From Squalus acanthias (taxonomy: Eukaryota): a stretch of DNA of 64,000 nucleotides. Position numbers and translations under genes: made by a program. Positions 12,774 to 25,410 of the stretch are shown piece by piece (the stretch's first letter is position 1; every line of letters starts with the position of its first letter). The stretch spans positions 2,544,001 through 2,608,000 of the forward strand of contig JASTWF010000036.1 in assembly GCA_030390025.1 (NCBI GenBank), given 5' to 3'. Below the pieces are notes generated by a model. It was not told the origin of the DNA, made no database searches, and was given only the letters and a program-made list of their open reading frames with translations.

Positions 12774-14917
12774 AACAGCCTTTCTGCACACCTGTAGAAA
12801 AATACAATGATCCTAAGAGATGCTTTGACTTTAAGCAATTGATTTGGCCCTGCTTGGTTTGTGCAGAAACCCAGTCATCTTTACTATTAGAATGAAAATG
12901 CAATTGTTATGAACCTTCTACCTTGCCACCACTAATGTCGAAATTGGACAATTTGAAAGAGTTTTATATCCCATGACAGGGGATAGTGATTACGACAGGC
13001 TGTTCAATCTGTTTTACCATACAATGTTGAGAAAGTGGCCAATTTGAGAGAAGGGCTCAACTTTTGCTGTATAATTATTTGGTACTCAAATGTACTGACT
13101 ACTTGCAGAATCTCCAGATAAACAGTTTTGTCACTACTCTCTCAGAAAACACAAGTTAATGTGCGATCTGAAAAAGTGAACAACCATTTGATTAATACTG
13201 CATTGATGGGATTAAGCTACAGACAGTTGACTGGTTCCAAGTGTTAAGGTTGTCACTTAGCTAAAGATACATCAATACAAGGAGATCAAGTAATGGATTA
13301 CTTAAACTGCTGGAGTATTTGGTGCATTGAAGGAATCATTACCAGTCCAAGCACTATCTAAGCATCAAGACCAGGATGAATGTGTACCATATCTGTGTGC
13401 CCTGTCCTACTGCGTGTCACAATCTTTGCCCTTGATTCAAGTACAAGAAAAGAAAAAGATGCATTTTAAAGCAAAATGCCTACAAATGGATTCCAATCAT
13501 GCATGGGTAAGACAAAGTGAACATTGAAACAGTGTACCAGCATAGTATAGAGATTCCTACTAGCTGAATGACCCCTTGCCTCAGGTTTCCATAATCTCAG
13601 CATTTCAAAGTAAAAGGAAGAGCTATTAGACAAATCTAACAAGCCAATGGAGTTGGAGGCAGTATGAAACACTACTTGCCTCCACTGCCTTCCTGGGCAG
13701 TAAAGGTAAATAGCACCAGCAAACTCAAGAAGGAACTAGATAGATAAATCAGCAGAGAATGCAACTGAGTGGTATGAAAGATAAAGAAGTACATGCTATT
13801 TTTTTAAACTTTGAGACTGTCCAGATGGACTTCAACATCTTTAGGCCCTGTACATTCCTATTGTTCCTAAAAGTCTGTTGATTTAGAATGTTAATACATT
13901 GAACATTCTCTTAAAAACAAATTGACAAAAGAGAAAAATAGTTCCAGTAATTCGAATGTGAAGTATGAAAATATAATAAAAATATAACATGGTTTTCTTT
14001 TTGGCAAATAAATTGATATAAATGTGTGAAAAATACATTAAATGTTTACTGAAATTCAAAATCTACTTCAGAAAAATCTAGAGGCTAATACAGACAATGC
14101 TGGGACAAAGTTTTCAACCACAACAAATGTGATTTACTCATGGGGAAGCTAAGGCACAATGTTGCTTGTTATGGCAACCTGTCTGTTCTAAATATCATCT
14201 GACTGACTGACATTTGCAAGTTGAAATATAATGCACAAGTTATACACGCTTCTAAACATGAAGTATCATTTATTTCTGTGTCAACAAGGTCCTGGTTGAA
14301 TGGAAGAAAAACTGGAAGGTACCAACTATGAGTGAAGATTTCATGTATGCATTATGGGTAACAGAACCATAAACGTGTTTATAATGAATGTATTTAGGAG
14401 TTTGCTACACTTAGGGCACAGAGGAAATCATCTCCCCCTCCTCCCGTAGTGTTAATATTAAATAAAGTGTGATATACAAGAGTGTGGGCAGATGCTCTGA
14501 AAACTTTTATATAAATTCAGGTGTTCTTGGAACATTATATGCATGTAAATGATCTACAGCTTTTTATGTGTTTTAATTCATTCAGAGGGGTGAAGGAATT
14601 TTTTTGTTAGTTGATTTGCTCACACGAGAGGCTTACATGTGTACTCTTTTCCCAGATTGAACAAAGTGGGAGTGCCACACAGCATATGATAATCAAGATG
14701 CAATTTTGCCTGCCCACTCACTCTGTTGTTAAATCGAAGGGTATGCATTTTCCTGCACTTTTCACATCTTCACAAAATGAAGTGATAGACTGGAGAGTGC
14801 AACATTTTTCAAAACAGCCATAAGTTGTTTCAGGAATTAGTTTGCTTCAATAGGGGAAGGGGTAAAGAATTTGTGCTAAATTTTTTGTAGCTACAGTACA
14901 AAAATTATACAGTAGAG

Positions 14918-15892
14918 CAGGGATGTCCAAACATTGAGGCTCCTGAGCCCTCACAATCTGGTCGTCAAAGCCCAGGCAACTCAGTTCTATTTGTGGTTAT
15001 AGTTCTTACTTGGTGGTTTGTCCTGATTGAATTTTGTGCGGTTTTGAAAGGATTATTCTTCCTCCAACAACAATGTGCATTTATATAGCGCCTTTAACAT
15101 AGGAAAACGTCCCAAGGTGCTTCACAGGAGCGTTAGCAGACAAAAATTGACACCAAGCCAAAGAACGACATATTTGGACAGGAGACTAATAGCTTTGTCA
15201 AAGAGGTTTTAAGGAACGTCTTAAAGGAAGAGAGGCAGAGGGGTTTGGGGAGGGAATTTCAGAGCTTAGGGCCTAGACGGCTGAAGGCGCAGCCGCCAAT
15301 GGTGGGCGGAGGAAATCGGGATGTACAAGAGGTCAGAGTTGGAGGAACACAGAGTTCTGAGGGTTGTAGGGCTGCAGGAGGTTACAGAGATTGGGAGGGG
15401 TGAGGCCATTGAGGGAATTGAACAGGAGGATGAGAATTTTAAAAATCGAGACATTGCTGGACCGGGAGCCAATGTAGATCAGCGAGCACATGGGTGATGG
15501 GTGAGCGGGACTTGGTGCACGTTAAGATATGGGCAGCAGAGTTTTGGATGAGCTCAAGTTTATGGAGGGTGCAAGATGGGAGGCCAGCCAGAAGAGCATT
15601 GGAACAGTCAAGTCTAGAGGTAGCAAAGGCAGGGATGAGGGTTTCAGCAGCAGATGGGCTGAGGACTCCATGTCCCCGCCATCACAAGATCGCCTACTTC
15701 CACCTCTGTTCTTGGCACTATTGCCTCATTGGTGGATGAATCCTAAATCAGAACACTTAGATTTGTTAATGTTAGCAACTTGAGATATATGGGAATAACG
15801 GGAACAGGAATTTAAACTTTATATGTGGCCCTCAAGGCTCCACAGTATGCACCTAAGTGGCCTACAAAGACAAAACCGCTTGGACACACCTG
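14918..15892. mobile_element. hAT (Charlie-like) non-autonomous DNA transposon interrupted by an L2 fragment
   Basis: Left TIR CAGGGATGTCCAAAC versus reverse complement of right end CAGGTGTGTCCAAGC. 8-bp flanks CAGTAGAG and CAATAGGG match at 6 of 8 bases, with central TA. Confidence 0.65.
15065..15665 (-). mobile_element. L2-clade LINE 3' fragment nested in the hAT element
   Basis: Minus strand encodes AAETLIPAFATSRLDCSNALLAGLP...LIQNSAA...LADLHWLP (L2 ORF2 C-terminus). 3' end GCGCTATATAAATGCA(TTG)n. Confidence 0.85.
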
Positions 15893-15899
15893 CAATAGG

Positions 15900-16270
15900 G
15901 GCTACCCCAATGGCTCAGTGAGTAAACGCACTACATGGCATGGAACTGACCTTTACAGTCCAGGAAAGTTTCAGGTTTGATCACTGATTTGGGCTGAGTT
16001 AGTTAATCTCAGCCAGAATTTGGGGGAGGGGGGGCGCGGGGGTGGGTACTGACATAGTTTCCATATACTAGGCAACAAGGAAACCTTGGGTCTGCATTAT
16101 ACCCCCTTGATTACTATTCAGCTGAAATGTACGTGAATGGTGAGAGAAGACAGGGTCAGGCGCGGTTGCATGCCCTCCAGTCAGCTAGCCTGCCAACATT
16201 CACTTTCTCTAGGGTCACACATGAGGAACAGCCACATGGATGAGATACTGGAGAGAAGCTGGTACAAGAC
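15900..16270 (+). mobile_element. LF-SINE-like element
   Basis: TGGCTCAGTGAGTAAACGCACT...CCAGGAAAG..CAGGTTTGATC...GCTGAGTTAGTTAATCTCAGCC, then CACATGAGGAACAGCCAC. Collinear with the copies at 24030 and 25020. Confidence 0.6.
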
Positions 16271-17622
16271 AGGGGAAGAGGGGAAATTGGAAAAGAATAT
16301 TTTTCAGAAAATATTAGGTGACAGGAATATTATTTGCAGAATTATATTCCAATCCTTGCGTTTATTAACTCATAAATACTGTCAGCAGGAAATCGGCCAA
16401 ACATCCTTCCAAACACAGAGACTAGCAAATTAGTTCCTCTATCAGAATATATCATATTGAGGTGCAAACTTTTGCCTTGAATTTAATAGTTTCAACTGAG
16501 GCCTGGGGCCATTATATAACAGAATATTGCAACCTACAAGCAAAGACAGTGGATATGCTTGTGCTTCACATTGATGCTGCAGTTATAGTGTAAATGCAGT
16601 GTGAATCAAGAGTCAGGGCCCGATCTGGCATCAGAATGAGGTGGACTAAGAAGTCTCACTGCTTCATTCTGAAGTCAGTTTTGGCTTGTGAAGTAACCTA
16701 CATTCCTCACCTAGTTTAGTTGGTGCAAAGCCTTGCACTAACATTAAACTTGTAGTGAGAATGCACTGTCTAAAAAGAAGTCTTCTGCCACATGACTCAA
16801 ATCATCAGTTGTGTTAACAGGGACAGGAAAGAATGATTCCAGAATATAACAGGAGTTATGTGACTTTGAATATTAGCGCACAAATGCGTAATGGATTTGC
16901 ATGAAATTCCATTGTCTGCTATTACGCTAATCCATTTAAAACAAATGGTTTAATGCCTCCAAATCAAATGAAGGAAGTTTATATGATTTGAACATTTGTT
17001 CGCAAATATTTAAAGAGTCCAATTTGAAGGCACAAGAGCAAAACAAAGAAAAGATCAACAACTGGAAAAAATATGGAAAACTGCAATGAAAAAACTAAAA
17101 GATGGGGGGGGGGGAGATTGTGTTGAAGGATGTGTGAGATATCGCACACAATTATTTAAACCATTTGATCCTTCAGACTGTGTTCCAGCTTTCCAGCCAG
17201 TCATTAGTTTCTATATTATAAAAGGAAGGTTAATTGCAGTTACTTGTTTATACCAGAAATAACATTTTCCATATTTAATGGAGATGCCATCTTGGTGATG
17301 AAGAATTCCTTGGGTTGCTATGTGTAGTAAAATCATAATCATGTTCTTTTTGAATATATTTACAATATCACTTCACAGTGACCAGAGCAACTCTACCCCA
17401 ATATCTTGTTCCAATTACTGATGCTGTTTTGCTTCTGAACATTTCTTTTCAAGAGAATGGTTATAATTTGAACATTCTAAGCCCAAATCATGCAACACGC
17501 TGATTAACACTCAAACTGCCTCCAGCTCCATTGGATCCAAACCACAAAGGAATACTGTGCACCATTAAATACATTTTTTCACCTCCACTAGATTAATTTT
17601 AAATGTGCAGTATAAACAGAAT

Positions 17623-17738
17623 ACATTATGAAAAGCCGTGGGATATGGTTTATATCCCACTCATGGTTTCACCACTCATAAGTTATCATGTCAGCCTCTC
17701 GTGAAATATAAAACCTATGCCATGGAATTTCATAATGT
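17623..17738. repeat. Imperfect ~38-bp inverted repeat (old MITE-like hairpin)
   Basis: ACATTATGAAAAGCCGTGGGATATGGTTTATATCCCAC versus reverse complement of right arm ACATTATGAAATTCCATGGCATAGGTTTTATATTTCAC. Confidence 0.7.
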
Positions 17739-18148
17739 GTCCTCTCTACCTTCCGTCACCTTGTCATTATGAAATATGGTTAAATTTGCTCCAATTGGTC
17801 ACAAAATTATTTTACAATGTCCCTATATTAATATTTCATATGCATAGCTAAAACATTTATAATAGCACAATATACTGGAAAACTGTTTATATGTACTGCA
17901 TAAGAAATGAGAGAAAAAAAATCTACAAGTCACCTTATTTGGATAGAAGAGGTTAGATATACTATTACTTACTGCATGATGAGCACAAGTTTGGACTTGG
18001 CAACAAATTGCACGCAACCTGACTTTGCATTTAATTTGCTGATAAAAAGATAAGACGACGCAAAGCACAACATAGTACGTTCAAAACTGCCCGGTTATCA
18101 TCCACTAATACAAAAGAAAAGCACCATAGAAAACACTAAAAAGGATAT

Positions 18149-18267
18149 GAATGTATCAAAATTTTAATAGCGAATCTCCTCAGTGGATTCAAAGGGCCTA
18201 AAATGTACATGGCAGGTGTTGCACTAAATCGGAAGATAGCTTTTCCTCTGTTTAGTACTATAAAGGT
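18149..18267 (-). CDS. SCN8A: Voltage-gated sodium channel alpha subunit, second coding exon (119 bp, N-terminal cytoplasmic domain to start of DI-S1)
   Basis: Translates [39 protein letters not shown](S). Polypyrimidine tract plus CAG acceptor at 18270-18268. U12 donor ATATCCTT at 18148-18141. 119 bp is the conserved size of this Nav exon. Family call is near certain; paralog call is less so. Confidence 0.9.
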
Positions 18268-18649
18268 CTGTGAGGAGAAAAAGAGGAAAAATTGTTACAC
18301 AGATTGCAAACATAAAATGTTCAACACATTTTCATGCAGTAGGTAAGTTGGTAAATGTTACTTCAACGGACAGCTTGGAGAAAGCGGAAGAAAACATTTC
18401 TAATGGCTAGTTCTGCGATATTTTCAATGCGCTGCATCAAACAAACATTTTCAAAGTGAAGTAAGAAGCATTTAGATGAATATGACAAGGGAAAATGTCA
18501 AACTTGCATTGAGAATCGCTTAACTTGGAAATGAGTTATTACTAAGTTCATATGGTTTAATGCACAGCAGTTGGGAATCTGATATGATCAAAGATGGGCT
18601 TCGGGTCTATACAGAAAAGGTTAAGTGAATAGAGGACTATTGCTTATAT

Positions 18650-18745
18650 AATAAAAACAGAAAATGCTGGAAATACTCAGCAGGTCAGGCAGCCTCTGTG
18701 GAGAGAGAAACAGAGGGCTCTTGCTGTTGAACTGCTGAGTAAAGA
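18650..18745 (-). mobile_element. Penelope-like element terminal (pLTR) fragment
   Basis: AAAACAGAAAATGCTGGAAATACTCAGCAGGTCAGGCAGC. The same motif recurs at ~4048-4135 and inverted at ~5157-5245. Confidence 0.5.
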
Positions 18746-19117
18746 ACATCGTACAAGCAGAGGGGGACGCACATAACTCAGAAGTGACAACACTGCATCA
18801 AGTTGTGCAGGTGCCCCTCAAACACAGAATAAATTCAAACAGAAAAATATTTTTTTTCTTCATACCACAACTGTATGTTCAATTGCAGATTTAAAGCTAA
18901 TTTTTCCATCATTTTCTTAACTATTCGAGGAGTTTCATGGCAGGCAACTTTATGTACGACACAAAGATTAAAGGCAATATACAAATCATGGGAACAGTAT
19001 AATTTTTTTACTTCATTAACACGAGCAGAATTGTATCCCACTGACTTCACAAAATAGTTTTGGATAAAGAAGGCCGTTCAATTCTTTTGATCTCATCCTT
19101 CCAGAAAATACTAATCC

Positions 19118-20103
19118 TACATTAATGACCTGGATCAGGGAGTCGGATGCAGCATTTCCAAATTTGCAGACGACACTAAACTCGGAGGGGGGGTGGGCTC
19201 AGAGGAGGAGACCAGGAAGCTCCAGAGCGATTTGGACAGACTGGGTGATTGGGCGGATAAATGGCAGATGCACTATAATGTGGACAAGTGCGAAGTTATC
19301 CACCTTGGGTGCAGGAACGGGAGGGCAAATTATTATTTAAATGGCAATAAATTGGGAGAGGGGGAAGTACAGAGAGACCTGGGTGTTCTTGTACACCAGT
19401 CACTGAAGGCGAGCATGCAGGTGCAACAGGCGGTCAAGAAGGCAAACGGTATGCTGGCCTTCATAGCAAAAGGGTTGGAATACAGGAACAGGGATACCTT
19501 GCTGCAGCTGTACAGGGCACTGGTGAGACCACACCTCGAGTACTGTGTACAGTTTTGGCCGCCTCATCTGAGGAAAGATGTTCTTGCCATGGAGGGGGTG
19601 CAGCGGCGATTCACCAGGCTGATACCAGGAATGGCGGGATTGACCTATGAGGAGAGACTATGTAGTTTAGGGATGTACACACTGGAGTTTAGAAGATTGA
19701 GAGGGGACCTCATAGAAGTGTATAAAATTCTGACAGGTCTAGACAGACTAGATGCAGAAGGAATGTTTCCCTTGGCGGGTGAGAACAGAACTAGAGGACA
19801 TAATTTAAGGATAAGGGCTAAACCATTTAGGACAGAAATGAGGGGGAATTTCTTCACTCAGAGGGTGGTGAACCTGTGGAACTCATTGCCACAGAGGGCA
19901 GTGTACGCCAGCTCATTAAATATATTTAAGAGGGAATTAGATATATTTCTACAGGCAAAAGGTGTTAAGGGTTACGGAGAGAAGGCGGGGACGGGATACT
20001 GAATTGGAGGATCAGCCATGATCTCATTAAATGGCGGAGCAGGCTCGAAGGGCCGGATGGCCTACTCCTGCTCCTATCTTCTATGTATCTATGTATCTAT
20101 GTA
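19118..20103 (+). mobile_element. Young 5'-truncated CR1 LINE with uninterrupted ORF2 C-terminus
   Basis: Open frame 19118-20002: YINDLD...KFADDTKLGG...[13 protein letters not shown]...FFTQRVVNLWNSLP...KAGTGY*. 3' UTR hairpin and (TCTATGTA)n tail. Confidence 0.95.
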
Positions 20104-20976
20104 CTGTCTTCCCCATTATAGTATCTTGCTGTTTTTTGAAATGAGTCCAATGTCTTGGCTTCAACCACCCTTCCTGCCAATCTGTTCCCATTGTTGCTCA
20201 CCTTCTGTGTAAAGACTTCACACACACAATTGTGGTATCAAATATTACACCTTTCTTGATAATGTTCTGCCGAATTCTTGTAAATTAACACGGTTGTGGT
20301 ATATTATGAAGGGCGTAAATGAATATTTCCACATTAACGGAGACTGATCAGTCCAAATTTAATTATAAAGAGTGATCTTTATGGGATTGAATAGGATTAA
20401 TTCCATATGGAAGTGACAGGCAATGTTCCACAGCTTTTCTGTAAGAAGATTCAAGTGCATAGGCTTGCACAAGCTCACTGCATTTTTGTTTTAAATTTTT
20501 TGGGTCATTTTTTGTGCTCAACAAGGCGAAGGATGTTAATGCTGGGGAATGGAACACCTCACTTGAGACATTTAGTGCCAGCATCAATCACTTACAGATC
20601 AGGTATGCACACCCAAACACAGAGCAAAGCTTCCTTTACCCTGCTGCAACCTCAAGAGCACCCACTACTGCACCAGTGTGGCATTTCAGTTTCCCACAAC
20701 ATTCGATCTCATGACTAGCGACTTGAGTGTGCCAATTAGGGCCAAATCACGGGTGCTTTTGTGCTGTGGGCCCAATCTGCTGCATCTTTAACCATTTTTC
20801 CACCACAGATATAATACAGTTACAATAATTCAGTTCATTCCCAGGATATTAAAATTAAGTGTTAACATGTCAGAAAACATGCAGCCATCAATTCTTGGCC
20901 ATTTGAAAAATATAGCATATGAAATTGATCAACATTTGCAGTTTGACACGACTCATCATCTTTTGTACATTTTCAT

Positions 20977-21420
20977 AGAAAGAAAGACTTGCATTTATAT
21001 AGCGCCTCTCACGACCACCAGACGCCCCAAAGCACTTTACAGCCAATTAAGTACTTTTGGAGTGTAGTCACTGTTGTAATGTGGGAAACGCAGCAGCCAA
21101 TTTGCGCACAGCAAGCTCCCACAAACAGCAATGTGATAATGACCAGATAATTTTTTTGTTATGTCGATTGAGGGATAAATATTGGCCAGGACACCGGGGA
21201 TAACTCCCCTGCTCTTCTTCAAATAGTGCCGTGGGATCTCTTACACCCACCTGAGAGAGCAGATGGGACCTCGATTTAACGTCACATCCGAAAGACAGCA
21301 CCTCCGACAGTGCAGCACTGGAGTATCAGCCTAGCTTTATGTGCTCAAGTCCCTGGAGTGGGACTTGAACCCACAACCTTCTGACTCAGAGGCAAGTGTG
21401 CTACCCACTGAGCCACATCT
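20977..21420 (-). mobile_element. tRNA-derived DeuSINE (SacSINE1/AmnSINE1-like) with L2-type tail
   Basis: Minus strand head TGGCTCAGTGGGTAGCAC...GGTTCAAGTCCC. Central TGCTGCACTGTCGGAGGTGCTGTCTTTCGGATGTGACGTTAAA. Tail GCGCTATATAAATGCAAGTCTTTCTTTC. Confidence 0.8.
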
Positions 21421-23542
21421 GGCATGTCATTAAGAACAACTCCAAAATCATAAAGTTAAAAGAATTTATAACGCAAGTCAGTTGAAAGATTTTGAATTTG
21501 TTCATATTGAAGCCACAATCTTTGTTTTAAAATTGTGATGTAGCAAATAATGACATGTAGCTGTTCAGCAGCTTTTATCATTTTGAACAGTATTTCATCA
21601 AAATAATACCACGGGCTGTTAAAGTAGTTCAATATAATTACTTACGTCTTTATATGTATTGCTTTAGTTACCTTGAAATTCGCAGCTGTGCATCAGGGTG
21701 ACCATTCGTCAGGCTTTGAACTGGTTAGTCCATTTTTGGGGCTAGTCACCCAGTAATTTTGAGAAACGCCAAACTAAACAGTAACAGTCCATTTTTCCAA
21801 TGCTGAACTTTGAAAATTGGCGGTGCATATGCAAGAGCGAACCATTTTTGCATTTGCGCATGTGCAAGCAGACCATTCCACGTTTGCACGTGATCATAGC
21901 CGATTCACGTATGCGCATAGCTTTTTTTTTAAATGCCCTCACCCATCTAGTTTTAGACTGGGCAAAAGATGGCTAATCTATTGCATTGGAGTCTAAATGC
22001 AGCACTGCTAGCAAACACCGTCTCTGCCCCATCAACTATCTAGTGCTGGTGAGCATAAGGACTATATTAACATGATATAGGGTGTCACCTATCTACTTTC
22101 AGACCAGACAGTCCAATTTGAGAGTGGTGTGTCCAGAAATTTCTAAAGTAAAATCCAGACACCAAAAATCGTTTGTGCCCCATATTGTGGAAGTGTCAGT
22201 TACTAAGGTTTTCAATGAATTTATCATCAGCAGTTAAGGAAACCTCAGATCTCAAGCCAAGAGCCCACCCTCTGCCCTTCCAATAAGGTAGACTCTTGGT
22301 GTCAACGCTCCTGTTCTAAGATGGTACAGAAGCGGCACTACGTTGCTTATTTTTAAAGTTTACAATGATGCTGACAGACAGCAAGTGCTGACGGAGCAGG
22401 GGCTTTGGCCAATTTTCCATCATACATCAAAAAGAAAAATCTCTTCTGTAAACATCAAACCGAGAAGGTCGGTCAGTTCAATCCCAAGTGCCATTTGCAG
22501 CCATTCTTGAACAACACAGCAGCCCAAATACAATGGCAATGTCATAATACTATATTAGGAACATGTTAAGATGAACTTTTAAATATTATTGCTGATGAAT
22601 TAAAAAGTAAATTCGAATGTGGCATGTCAAATTACCCTTTTCAATGTCAGAAGCACTGTTATAAAATGTTAACCCAGCAGAGCTAAACCTCTAAGAGTTG
22701 GCACTGGTGACTGGCAGTTGTTGAATAAACTGTTTCACAAAGGCAAGAACACACACACAAGGTTGAAATTTAGAAACCGTACCCCATACTGTATTTAAAC
22801 AATGAAATAATGACAAATAGTGGCCTGTCAGCTAATGTTGCCACAAGATCCTTCCAAGATAGAGAAAGCTTGTTACTTGATATATAATCCTTCTCTCACC
22901 TGTAGCATCCTAACTCTCTTGTCTCTCTTTATTAATGCTACTATAAAAGTCACTATTCTGATTTATTTTTATTTTCTTTCCCAAGAACCACCTTACACAT
23001 GCTTCCTCCACCCTGAATCCTCAGTCTTGAAATCAACGCTCATCAAACAATCCTCTATTCTAACACATTCTTTATCAGGACCTCAAAACTGCAGAACTCT
23101 GTACTGCCCTCAGTCTTCCCTTCCCCCGACTATCTACAGGCTTACAAAACCCAAACCAGACATGACTTAACCACTACTTCTTAATTTAGACCATCTTTTC
23201 TCCTCTTGTTTTCAACCTTGTTGTTATCTTGACAATAGGCCCTTCAGCCTGACTTCTCAAAAAAATGCAGATCACTATGCATTAAGTTTCACTTACGTTC
23301 ACACCACTAGTATGAGTTCAGATTTTTTTTTGGAGGGAACGGGGAAGGGGTAGATTGTTTTTGCATGAACAGCCGATGCACAACATAGCGCCACATACTG
23401 AATGTACAAGCGAATTCAATTAGCATTTAACGCAGTGAATTTTTCACAAGGGAGTTTCAGGTTTCAAAAAACCTTTTGGCCAGGAAAACAAGGTGTTGCG
23501 TACAATGATTGCGGGACATCAAAGATAGCAAATTTCAGAGTG

Positions 23543-23921
23543 AAGACTTGCATTTATATAGCATCTTAGCACATACAACAGTTACTTTGAAGTGCAGTGA
23601 CTGTCATTATGTAGGCAAATGCGGCAGCCATTTTGCGCACAGCGAGATCCCGCAGTAGTGTTGAGGAATGTTGGGCCGCAAACTTCCTGCTTTTTTTTCC
23701 CCCCAAATAGTGCCATGGGCTCTTTAACGTCCACCTGAACCATAGGCAAACAAGGGTCTTGGTTTAACATTTCATCCACCGGATGGGCATGTCTGACAGT
23801 GCAGCACTTCCTCAGTACTGCACTGAAGTGTCAGTCTAGATTATGTGCTCAAGACCTGGAGAGGGGCTTGAATCCACAACTTTGATTCAGAGGTGAGAGT
23901 GCTACCAACTGAGCCAAGCTG
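23543..23921 (-). mobile_element. DeuSINE copy (more diverged)
   Basis: Collinear with 20977-21420 (ACTTGCATTTATATAGC ... CAGTGCAGCACT ... ACCAACTGAGCCAA). Confidence 0.75.
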
Positions 23922-24029
23922 AATGATTGCATTCAGGCAGAAAGGTGACCTTGAAAATACCAAAGTTTAAAAAGACCGAGTGAAATGCCGACTGGGAAAA
24001 TAGGATCAGATATTTGAGGTTTTTTTAAT

Positions 24030-24400
24030 CCTTCTCCCAATGGTTCAGTTGGTAACTACACTGCTCATTGCTGTACTGAGCCATATAAACCAGGATGATC
24101 CCAGGTCTGATTCCCTAGTCTCCACTGAATTAGTTTCTCTCAGTAGGAGTGCTACAATTGGCCTCAGCACCATTGGGCAGGGTTCCTGTCCGATTGTTGC
24201 CTGGTGACTGCTGCTGAGAAGTGCATGTGTGTGAATGTTGGGACAGGATCAGGCTTGGCTGTGATGATCCCCTTCACCCACCTGAACAGCCTACCAACAC
24301 TCTAGAGTGGTGACGTGGGCCTGGTACTGGAGGGTTGTCAATTCCTATGACTGTACCCAGCATAAGTCTGCGCCTTTGAAAGAGATGGCAAGAAAATTAG
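24030..24400 (+). mobile_element. LF-SINE-like element
   Basis: ATGGTTCAGTTGGTAA...GTACTGAGCCATATAAACCAGGATGATCCCAGGTCTGATTCCC...CTGAATTAG...ACTGTACCCAGCA. Confidence 0.6.
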
Positions 24401-25019
24401 AGGCTGGCAAACAGACAAAATAAATAATTTGCGAATTAATGGTCATCCTCACTTATTTAATCAGTGTGATCTCACCATTTAATTTGTAGGATTCAGCTTG
24501 TACAGTGAGAATTTTGGAATCAGTAATTTTTATTACATTTTCCTTTGAAACTTATAGAAACACCTGTATCCCATCATATTACAGAGCTGCAGAAATGGCA
24601 GACCTGACTCAAATCTGGACCTTACCTACCTTATTCTGGATCAAAGATTTAAATATGATTTGCACTGTCTGATACAAAAAGGTTCATTTTCACAATTTCC
24701 CTTTACTAATACAGTCTATTTTGCTTTGCACAGTTTAAAGCACAAGGAAAACAAATAAACTGTTCCTAAACTGTGTACCCCATTGTGAGACACGGTATGA
24801 CATTGTATTTGAAGGGCTCATTAATCAATGCGAGCCTTGATGTTCAATTATTGTGGACCTCAGGTAGACTTGTTCTTAGCCCCATGGACTCCACCACAAT
24901 ATCATTATGAGCCCGTGTTAGATTTTCTAAAACAGTGGCAGAAACGGCGAGATACCCAAAGCATCTTCGAGAAAGTACCGGCCATTTATTGTGCAAGTCA
25001 GAAGATTTCACTAAAGCTG

Positions 25020-25410
25020 CAGGGCTGCTTCTCCTGGTGACTCAGTGGATATAAATACACTAGCTGGTATCCTACTGAGTTGTACAGTCCAGAAAGGTCT
25101 CAGGTTTGATACTTGGTCTGCAGTGAATTATCTGATCTCAACCAAAACAGCGGTTACATTACAATGACATCAACAACTCTGGGGTAGGAAGGGAGAGAAA
25201 AAAAAAATCAGGCAGCGTTCTCACTCCTAATGGTTACCCAGTGATGCCTGTTCTGAGCGTGTGTGGATGTGTGTCAGTTGAGGACATAGTTAAAACAGCC
25301 TGCGTACACTTACCATCTCGGCTCACACATGAAGAACAGCCTCAAGGGCAAGGTACTGGAAGTAAGGAGGAGCCCATGACATCGTACCCCAAGAATGAAA
25401 ATTGGCATGG
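25020..25410 (+). mobile_element. LF-SINE-like element
   Basis: GTGACTCAGTGGATATAAATACACT...TACTGAG..GTACAGTCCAGAAAGGTCTCAGGTTTGAT...TCTGATCTCA...GGCTCACACATGAAGAACAGCC. Confidence 0.6.

Larger units (their letters stand above)
2821..18148 (-). other. U12-dependent (minor spliceosome) AT-AC intron, 15,328 bp
   Basis: 5' end ATATCCTTTT (18148-18139). Branch site TTCCTTAAC (2839-2831) lies 10 nt from the terminal AC (2822-2821). This is the known AT-AC intron position in SCN genes. Confidence 0.95.

Noticed and set aside
14161..14180. RFX X-box-like motif GTTGCTTGTTATGGCAAC
   Set aside because: Imperfect single motif with no conservation data to support it.
19193..20002. 269-aa ORF as a host gene
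   Set aside because: It is the C-terminal part of CR1 ORF2, 5'-truncated within the RT domain.
21690..22330. Possible ancient DNA-transposon remnants (CAGGGTGACCA, weak inverted ends at 21725-21977, a block similar to ~3500-3550)
   Set aside because: Too degenerate to define boundaries, TSDs or family by eye.
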